Made by a program: the position numbers and the translations under genes. Positions 54,219 through 64,000 of a stretch of 64,000 nucleotides of DNA are shown here, piece after piece; within the stretch, counting starts at the first letter, position 1; each line of letters opens with the position of its first letter. The notes under the pieces were generated by a model, which saw only the letters and a program-made list of their open reading frames with translations, was not told where the DNA came from and did no database searches. The stretch is from Podospora anserina (taxonomy: Eukaryota): positions 1,364,001 to 1,428,000 of the forward strand of contig CM030338.1 in the NCBI GenBank assembly GCA_017654855.1. Direction: 5' to 3'.

Positions 54219-55746
54219 GCTGGGCCTGTTTTCGCAAAAAGAAGCGGTGTGTTAGAAGACAAGAAAAGAAATCAAAAGAGACGAAGGACTAGAGAAGAGA
54301 ACTAGAGAAGGAAAAAACGAGAGTGCGGAGGGAGGACGAGAGTCGTTGCGGTCCAGGACCCTGCATGACATGCTGTTGCCGGCCCCGTCAAGACAATGTT
54401 GGGATATGCGAGATGCACGACTGGCTGGCTGGCTCAGTAGCGCGATTGGCAGTGGCAGTGGAAGGCGACAGTCTGACTCTTTTTCGATTGCGTGGTAACA
54501 GGTGTGGATTAGGTAGATAGATGATATGATTTTCAACATACAGAACGAGATTAGGACGACGAGTAGAAAGCAGCACGAGGCCGATGGCTCACGGCCTTGC
54601 TGTGGCGGCAATATGAGGTTGGCCTTGGTGCATCAAGTTAACTGTTAGCATCTCGAACATATGCCAATGAGCTGTTGTAACTGGCTGGAAGCCTCCAAAG
54701 CTGCCCGACAGCCGACAATGGCTTTCGGTTGACAGCGCGCGTGTGTGGTGGGGCAGCAAAGGCAGCTGACGGGGTTGGCTGTGGCTTTTGCCACTGCGGC
54801 GGGTCGGAGTCGAGATCACGGACGACACAAGTGCGACGGGACTTGAACGACACTGGACCACCACCAGGACACCACCACCCCAACATTCATGAGTGGACGG
54901 CCTCCTGTTGTGCTGTTGATGGGGAGGGAGACCAAAGGAGAGAACTGACCTCTTTCTTTCCGTTGAGCCTTCTCGTAGAGAAGAATCCCTCTCCGAATCG
55001 CTCTCCGGGTGACGGGAATCCTGAGATATTGTTGTAGGTGCCCTGGAACGTACTGGTTGCTTCCCAGAACGGTTGCAGCTTCCTCAGGTGGCCTTGCGAT
55101 GGCTGCTGCCGGCGATGGGCGGATGGATGGAATGCGGGGCCGATCTCAGCCGAACCAGTCCACGGGACTATGGTGGGAAGGTCGGGAGGAGGAGGGCAGG
55201 GTTGGAGGGGGGAGGAGAGAGGAATTGGGACGAAGAAAAGACAAACGAGCGTGGTACGTCAGACGAGCTGTGGTGTCTCTCCGATGTGTCTGTTGATTGT
55301 TGTTGTTTTTTCTTTGGAAAAAGAGAGTCGAGCTCTGGAACAGAGAACCGGCGGAGGGGCTCTGACCACTATTAGTTCGAATTGATCGAGGGTGCCAAAA
55401 GAGACTACTTGGTGGTACTTGCCTACCTTCCAGATCCCGGGGGGGTCTGGATATCAACACCCTGTACTACATCACGTACTGTACCTGTTGCACTCCAGTA
55501 GGTACCTACGGTACGGGGGTGGAGAGGAGGTGGGGTGCTACGGTGCAGTCCAGACCAGACCCGCAAGGACGTTGCACAAGCCTGTCAACCAACCATGTGC
55601 ATTTTCTGGAATGCCTCAACAGAGACAGGTTTCGACCCTCACTTCTATCCATACCAAACTGTACATAGTGTCTCTCTCTACCCTCTTTAGAATGCGAATG
55701 TGAGCTCACTGCCCAATTCAGCATTTCTACCAGACACCAACCTACC

Positions 55747-55749
<3 letters not shown>

Positions 55750-55778
<29 letters not shown>
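55750..55778. repeat. (CA)n microsatellite
   Basis: About 14 CA units seen directly. Confidence 0.95.
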
Positions 55779-55782
<4 letters not shown>

Positions 55783-58700
55783 CACACATCCCACCACTCA
55801 TCACCCGTACCCTGCATTGCTTCCGTCCCGTGCTGTCTGGGACCGACGTGCAGAGATTCCCACACCAAGGCGCAAAAAAAAGGACACCAGAAACGAGGAG
55901 CATCATGGGAGGCCCTGGCAAGCGCTGGGACCGCTAGGACGCGGGGTTCCTTCTTCTACCGGCACCTGGGACCACCACGGCCTGATGTGCTCCCGGGTTT
56001 CTGCCTGAGAGACGGACGGCACTTGCGGGAGAGCGTCAATCGTGAGACGAGACGTGCGTTGACGGAGGCCCATGGTGGTGTCGACTGCCGTCTTGTCCTG
56101 ATCATGAGACCACCGAAGCAATGTCGGTCAGTGGCACCTATTGCCGTCAACGGCATGCCGACGAGATGCAGCAACACAGCGAGCGGCGGCCACAAACCGG
56201 GCAGCTGGACTCGGGATGCCCTCGATGGAAGATCATCGTGTATGGTGTGGGGGGGAAGAGAAGCAGACCGACAGTCTGGATGGAAGCAAGCATACGGCTC
56301 CGCTCCCCGATAGGTCCGGGTGTCTCGATCCCATGGGAATTATCAGCCACCAAGGTTGTGCATGTCCCTCACCGCTTTGTTGATGGAGAGTCAGACAGAC
56401 GGACAGAGAGAGAAAAGGTGACGGCAGACAGGCTGCATGCAGCAGTCCCCATCTCCACGAGAAAAGCATCGAGACGGAGACGCGGGGCAAGCTGTCGCGC
56501 TAAAGCAGCTTGCAAGTGGTGGCAGGAAGCAGGACAGCCACTGATTGCGATTTCTGGCTGCTGCTTAGTGCTAGTCTTGCATGCGACCTTGGGACTTGAG
56601 CTGCACCGCCTATTCTGCGACAACCTGATACCTGATACTCGGTATTATACATGGTGCTAAACCCAAGTAGCGCCGCGCTTGACGGTTCTACTGGAGTTTT
56701 TCGCTTTGGGGGTGTGAATATGACCAAAGATATCTGCCCGGTTTTGGTCTTGTAGAAGGAGGACCCGGAAGATCTCCGGCTCGCTGCCACCGACTGGCCC
56801 TGCTCCCTGTGTGATATTGTGGGCATCGGAGCGAAGTGGGGTGAGATGTGACATTTCATATTTCGAGACAAGACTCGAGCTAGTCAATATCTATCATCAA
56901 CTTCCCCATTCATCACTCAAGAGAGAGAAAAGAAAAAAAAAGAGGGAGAGTTGACCTTTTCTCCCGGTGGAACGGTGGTAAGGTGAGCCGACGGGACAAG
57001 GCTGCCAGGCGAGCACTTGGCGACGTCCGCCAGTAGCAACGGCTTCACCTCGGATAGCTTGGACTGCAGCAATGTGCAGCAGAACTCTTCTGCTGTCTGT
57101 CTTCTTCGTTGCTTGGGTGCTTGTTGACAGCGGTCCTGAGCAATTTAATAATCCCGTGACCGGAGCTACACCGCGGCCCCAGCCCATGGTCGCATCTACC
57201 CATCATCCCAAACCGTTTGGACCGCATAGGCTTGTTCCCGGCTCGGGGGTACGGGCCCTTTTCCTGCGGCAGCATATCGTCATTCCTAGTTTCCGCTTCA
57301 TTTGGCAGGTTGTATGGGACACCTTCTTCCGGACCTTTTCATCCTTTCCAATCTCTCTTCTATTTTTCTCCTTCACACATCCGGGCCGGTCCCGACATAT
57401 TCTTCCACTTACAACCTGAAGAGGTAGCCGATAAAGAAGAGCCCCACCCTGACAGCAACACAAGAAACACCCGAACAACAGCTCATCATCATCAACAAAC
57501 AACAGCTCAGCAAAAACTAAAAAAAATTGCCAACCCAAGCACTTTCTGATACCTAGTCCAGCTGGGCTTCTCTGCCCCCCATCCAGGATGGACGCCTGAT
57601 GATGGAGTACCCCCATTTAATGTCGCGTCATCGAAAGAAAAACCCACCACCCACCATCACCATCTGTACAGTACCTAAACTAAATCACCCCCTGTTGGCA
57701 TTTAGCCCGGCCGGTCCTCTTGGAAAAGAAGCTTTCCAAAGAAGCAACGAATTCCTACTCGCCAGCTCCCAGCCCAGTCAGCCCCAGATTTGGAAGTAAT
57801 GCTGCCCTGCGATGCCACGACACAACAATCTCTCGCGACCAAATTTTTTCCCCCTCTGAGGCTTCACCGACTTCCTTACCCAGACATGAATGGTAATGCA
57901 TGATAATGCAGGAGGCGAACACAGTCGGTCAAGATGTGGAGTAATCCACACTTCCTACCTGGTCGGTTTAGTTTTTTCTCCTTCTTTTTTCCTTTGGTGA
58001 CTAGCATGGAAGCTTCACTTTCTTCCACCTCGCCGATCATTCATTCGGGCAATGCTCCCGGCTGTTGGGAAGACTAAAAAAAAAAAAAAAGCTGAAGCAC
58101 GCGATATCCGAGGACGGGCATGGGTACACTAGGGGAGGGTAGGACAGGGGAAGGGGGTGTAAGGGGGTATCGGTAAGGGTAGGGTAATGTAATAAAGAGG
58201 ACGAAGAGGACAAGGCGGCGATGCCCTTCATTGTGTCATGCCATGATCCGTCATCTCATCCTTTCGATCGAACTTTCGGCACCTCTCTCTTTGGACCGTG
58301 ATGACTGATGATGGGGCTGTTGGTCTCTGGTCTGGTCGGGTCGATGCGTTGTTGCGTGCATATAATCCCAACCGATAATCCGTACAGCAAGTAAAAGGAA
58401 GGATAAAAACGTGTCATACCTACATATAAATAACACACTATGGGGTTAGTTGGTACGTACGCCATCCAGCACAGCAGCAACCAGGGCTGGGTATATTCCG
58501 GGCATTGTCTGTCCTCGTGGCCGGACGGCCTCATGGGGATTTTTTCATGGATTCGTTGATTGATTCCTGTTGTTACCGTTGTTGTTGATGACATGGGTGA
58601 CCTGTGAACTGTGTGCTTCCGCAATACACAGCGCAGTGCCCCCACTCACCACGAGGAAATTGACACACATGGCTTGTTGCTCCTGTTGCTACCACTATGT

Positions 58701-61700
58701 GTACCTGGCCCTGTGGTGCGGTTTTCCGCCTTTACCCGAAAAGAATACAAGCCAGCATGCTTTCTTTTTTCAGCCCAAGAGAAACGGCTCCATATCTTTG
58801 ATGTTGTATCTCACAAGTCGATCTTTCTGAGATAATGCAAATGGTAAGGTAGGGCTCGAGCTCGTCCACCCGAGTTGTTTCGGGGGCCATCTTTTCTCGG
58901 GCCTTGCCGCGCTTCCCTTTTGGCTTCCGCTTGTTCCCTTGTTCCCTTGCCTCCCCCTCCGCTTTTTGTTGTATCAGATGCAGTTGGCTGTATGGCATGT
59001 ATGTCGGGGCGTTGGGTAGAGATACATCACCCTTGTTTCTTCTCGGTCTGGTCTGGTATGGTTGTGTGTGTGCCTATGTAGGTTCGGCTGGCTTTGACCG
59101 GTTCGCTTGAAGGTAAGGTGTGCCGCACCCGAATACTCCGTTGAATGTATACACATAGCCCCCGCTCTTGACCTTGTGTTACCCTCGGCATATGGCATAC
59201 CCAACCCGCGAGCGACAAAGCTTGGCGGTTGTTGTTAATTAGTTAGTATCACTGCGTCGAGATATGCGGATTATCATGCAGACTGCCTGGCCGTCAGCGG
59301 GATGCGTCCTGCAGCTAGGAGCAAGAGACCCTTGCTCGTGAAAAGTCTGTCTGACCTCCTTCGCTTTGAGAGCTTGGGTTGAGATAATTGAGACGTGATC
59401 ACGACGGGTGGGTGGATGGGTGAAATCGAGGAAAGATTGGGGCGGTTATGTCCGATGAGCGGCAATGTGAGAGGAAGAAGGGGACGGACGATGGTCCGTG
59501 GTTGGTGGCGTAAATGTAATTGTATGTGCAAATGCCGGTGGATGGTTAACTTGGGGCGGTGTGGCTCGATGAGACCTGATGGGATGGACACAAACTGCTG
59601 TGTAAGTCTGTTGTCCAATGCTGAATTGTAGATCTGGGGTAACAGGGCTGCTAGGCTTCTGGAATCTGGGCAACTGGGGAGAGATCCCCCGCATCTTGGG
59701 AGTTGTTCCAGACCGGTGAAGCTCTGGGTGACATTGGTCGCGGCTGGTGAATAATGCTTGTTTCGGCTGGGCTTTGGGGAAAGGGTAGGATATTGGACAT
59801 TCTCTATCTGGAGGAATTGTCAGTGTTGGGATTGGGTTCGGTATTTCGTCTGTAGTGGCTGACAAGTTCAGGTCCAATGTGCCAAGATTGCGAGAGCATG
59901 AGGTGAGGTATTTCTCATGTGGTACAAGAATGTAGCCATCCATGCCTTTTTACAACGGACGAGGGGTTCGGGTGAGCGGTCTGATATAATGCCAGTATAC
60001 ACTTGTGTACGCTCTGCCTCGGATGTATCAAGTGGTTTCACGGCTGGTGTCGGTACTAAGTTGATCTTATTTGGTAAAACTGCAAAGGAGGATATGGGAG
60101 TTCCGCAGTTGGCTGTAAGAGTAGTCAGCATTTGACAGCCGAGTGGTAACGGTCACACTCCAAACAGAAATGAGAAGAAAGGGCTGCAGCTAGACTTTGG
60201 GCAAGAAAATAGACCTAAGCATTGCTTCCTCGAAACCACACTGTCAGATCAAGTCGAATTCTTGTTGTCCGGATCAACCCAGCGCCTCGGTGTAGCTGAT
60301 AGGTTTTGGGAAGTCTCGCTCTTCGTTGGGAGCTTTCTTCGGTCGGTATGCAGTTCGATGGCAATTCTGCGCCCGGGCGCGTGAATGTTGCGGCCGATGA
60401 GGTGGGTCCGGAAGAGGCTAAAAGAGACCGGAGGCGGACCGGTGCACTGACCACCAATGCTGGCATAGTCAACTCATGACTTTGAGGTTGGCTCCCTGTA
60501 CGGTTGAGTACATCTCGAGGGTCTGCTGGACGTGTTTGAGCTTGGTTGAGGGTCGATGGATGGTGTTTTCCGAGGTGTGTCGGTGTCTTCAACCTCGTAC
60601 CTTCCATGGTCGTTAAACACTCAACTGACAATGACGCAAGATACCTGCTATATTGGCCATGAGGCAGGTGCGTTCCATTAGGTGAAGAAGGAAGCATCGA
60701 GGAGTGGGTAACCTGGCAGGAGCAATGTGGCATTTCAGGCCCGAGATTTCTAAGATGAAATCCTGTTTGGACATTCTCGAGTCACCAAACCTCCCAAACC
60801 TCTTATTCACGAACAAAGCGCCGAGGACAGCCAACATTTAATACGCATCGTCTCATCCTTTCCCATCCCTTTCCAGCCAATAACCGACACAGAGGTGTAC
60901 TTGGCGCCTATCACGCCGATCTACATGTCTTCAGTGGCTCAAGTACGTGTTCGTGCTAGTCACTTGGTTCTCAGCGATGCCAAACGAGTGGCATGAATGA
61001 CACTGTGCTTGATGCAGCGTCACCACCGTTGCCACCACCGCGCACGATATCCGGCCAACCGACGATGATGCCGACATCAGGAGGCCGAGGAAAGGAGCAA
61101 GACATTAACGGGCATACACACCCTTCACCAACTCGCGGTGTTGATCCATGCCAGAGGTCAGCTAGCAGTGGCAATCTCTATGCACCCAACATACAAAGTA
61201 GACTAGGCTGGCTTTCTTCTACCGTCATAAAATCAGCACTCTGTCTCAAACAGAGCCCCTTGAATAATGAAGCTCGGCCTGTGGCCCACGATCCATCGGA
61301 AGAGAAACCGTCAACCACGATCGGAACCAGTATACAACACCAAGCCCCGGGGAGCATCACTTACCATCCGAACAACTAATGACGACTTCAACGTCATTCA
61401 TCTTTCCTGTCTGCTGCTTTCCACGTCCACACCCCCCAACATGAATTCCACCAATCTCTCGGTTGTTAACACCCTCAACTTCCAAATCGGGCCGCCCGCA
61501 TACATCACTCTCATGCAGCCCAGGCTTCCCTCCCTCTCGACTCCTCGCCGTTCTATTCCCCTACTGGACGAAGAACCATTCGAGAATTAGATTGCCGGCA
61601 GCAGCACACACTCATACTTCACCAAGACGGGCTGACCGCCAGTGGATGGTTGGAGGTGCTTGCCTGCCCGCTGCCGCTAATAGGGTGTGGCATGCAGCAC

Positions 61701-63237
61701 GCCAGTTCGCAGCAGCAGCGGCTACAACACATGTGCATATGATGCGTGGAGTCGAGGTGGTAGTGGTGGTTCGTATGAAAGGGTAGGTAGGTTTGCTCAG
61801 CCCAGGACTTGTCTTGGCTTGGGCTATACGATCGAGATGGTATAATCGAACCACCATCCAGTGCCGGCAGCCTGGTGGGTGGGTATATTGGCAGATTGAT
61901 TGCGTGGGTGTGTCAGATGGATGGGATGGCAGGTGGGTACGCGTTGTGAAACCTATATTGCGTGGATGGCCGTTGATAGCTGCTGTTGCTAACCGACAGG
62001 GACGAGCCCAGAAGCTGGGGATGGATCGTTCTTCACCCACCTTCTAGGCCGTTCTCCCCATACTTGCTTCTCGGCCTCACTGGCCACACTCAACTACATC
62101 TACCACGCAGCCACCCTTTCTACAAGACTTGTATTGAACGCCGCCAATTAGACAAGTTACGGGTACCAAGATACGGGTACAGGATGCGGGTAGCGTAGGG
62201 CCTTGCCCACGCACTTCCCACCTCTCTCAACCACACCTCCATCTTCCTCACACCACTGGACTCACGCCCCCCTCCCTCTTCTTCCACCCAAACCCCTCCC
62301 TTCTCCGCCGACACTGCAACTGCTCCCGTACCCGGGTCCCATCTCTCATCACATACCACCTCCAGGATCCGATCCGATCCAATACACCCTTTCTCGGCCC
62401 CCTCTCGCTCGGCCAGGGCTGGTTACCGACAGGTACACTAACCCCGACACGATAGATCTTGCATGCAAGTTTGCTGCAGGATGCGGGAGGGAATTATGCA
62501 AAGTGGATTACACTACCATTGGGGGGCCAGCTAGACAGTGTGTGAGATTTGTGTGTGAGCTGACGTTCACGGTGACGTGCATGAGTTGGAACCCACTCAT
62601 CCTGACGGACCTAGACCGAACTATATCAGGTTTTGATTGTAAGACAGTTCTCTGTGGGCGGGTACCATCGGACCGGGGATTTGAGACGGGGAGATCTAGA
62701 TCTAGTGTAGATGATGTCTTACGAGTTTGATGATTGAGTTTTCTCGGCGATGAGGGGACGGGGGTTGACATGTGGAGAAAGGAACTACCGTATTCTGGGG
62801 GAGAGAGGGGGTTTGTGAGGTGAGGGGAAAGAAGGGGTAGGGGATTCTAGATTGGTGGAGGAGTGGATACCGACAGTTCGATCATCTGCAGGTGAGTGTA
62901 TGTATGTTGTTTCTAAACTGAGTAGTATTGCGCGGTTAGAGGTGGGGGTTTGGGGTGGGTGGTTGGTTGTTGGCTTTCTACTATTGTATGTATAGATTCG
63001 ATCCATCCACTGTGTGGAGTTCATATGTCTGTGATAGAGTGTTGTTTTTCGCTTCAGTTCATCGCTGATTACTGGCACTTGCGAGGTTTTTTTGTGGTGG
63101 ACTGATTAGTCGGGAGCGAAAAGGGGGGGGGATGGCGGGGGGAGTATACTGTCAGTCAGCACTTTAATCTGACTTGTCATTTGTGTCTTTTTCGTATTGT
63201 CCCCAGTGTTAATTAGTGATGGCTTACAGATATATAG

Positions 63238-63266
<29 letters not shown>
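63238..63266. repeat. Poly(A) tract, 29 nt
   Basis: Seen directly. Confidence 0.95.
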
Positions 63267-63268
<2 letters not shown>

Positions 63269-63528
63269 CGTTGAGATTTTAGAGGGCGGTTGGCATCGGG
63301 AATGAGACAGACAGACAGACAGACAAGAAGAAGTTTGTGATGGGAGTACCTTACCTTGGAGCAGCTATTCGGGAAGAAAAAAAGGATCTTGTGTGGTCGG
63401 AATCCTTGCTTGACAACGAGACAGGATTCCCGAGAATGGAAAAATCGTCCGAACATTCAGCCTAAGCCAAGGAGGGGAGGGGTCGGGGGGGTGTTACACG
63501 ACAGACAGATAGCTAAAAACATCAAAAA

Positions 63529-63660
63529 ACACACAACATCGAGGATTCCCCAGCGGTCACCCAACCTGAGTCCTGGTTCGACTCTCAGCCATTTTGAAAA
63601 TGAGGGCAGAGCGGACGGGATACCGTATATTTTTTTCTATAGCTGGATATGGTCGTATGT
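63529..63660 (-). pseudogene. 5S rRNA pseudogene
   Basis: Colinear with the 5S copies at 6 kb but 132 nt long, with small insertions and a mutated box C (AGGACTCAGGTTGGG versus AGTACTCAGGTGGG). Confidence 0.85.
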
Positions 63661-64000
63661 GCTATCCAACTCCGGAATTGGGCCCTTTTGCATCCTCCCG
63701 TTGATATCGTCAGACAACAGACATGATGAATTCCCGAACAAATCCAACAAGTTTGCTGTCCCATCTCTTTCGCTTATTTGAGGGATGGATGTATGAAGAA
63801 GATATTCTCAGGTTATAATTCAACACATCAGTCCTCAAAAGCCACACTGGGGTGAGGAACAATACAAAAAAGAAAAACACAGAAAAAGATCTAGAAGTAA
63901 ATAAGTCAGTAGCACCGCAGCAAAATTTTGAGCCCATCACATCATCATGATTCTCTCAGTCAAGTAGCGAAGGAAAGACAAAAGGTCAACATCAATTATT

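Noticed and set aside
63573..63591. GGTTCGACTC resembling a tRNA T-loop/B-box
   Set aside because: It lies on the antisense strand of the 5S pseudogene. No cloverleaf or A-box could be built.

Overview
Eukaryotic, intron-containing fungal DNA (GT..AG introns with CTRAC/CTAAC branch sites). It looks like a Sordariomycete, probably Sordariales/Podospora-like; that assignment is inferred from intron style, G/C homopolymer-rich codon usage and the 5S sequence. The backbone is conserved single-copy genes: a Cys-rich secreted/GPI-type protein, RPL32, a type I DnaJ, mitochondrial GluRS, CSN5, FMP27/Hobbit, a Tim17/22-like protein, eIF4B, a class III aminotransferase, a Zn2Cys6 transcription factor, CDC48, a Sus1-like protein and an HMT1-type ABC half-transporter. 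The most unusual locus is 3.9-6.7 kb. It holds a disrupted cytosolic metzincin metalloprotease gene (one in-frame TAG, one frameshift) whose tail carries an amyloid-like pseudo-repeat pair, a Cys cluster and a perfect (VMP)14 repeat. This gene lies about 100 bp from a three-unit tandem 5S rRNA array containing two covarying isotypes and one truncated RIP-like relic. Other oddities are a 6-nt microexon in eIF4B, a decayed acidic reading frame right after the Sus1-like stop codon, several relic ORFs, and a distant 5S pseudogene. No intact transposon, tRNA or CRISPR array was recognised. All calls were made by eye, with no database searches.
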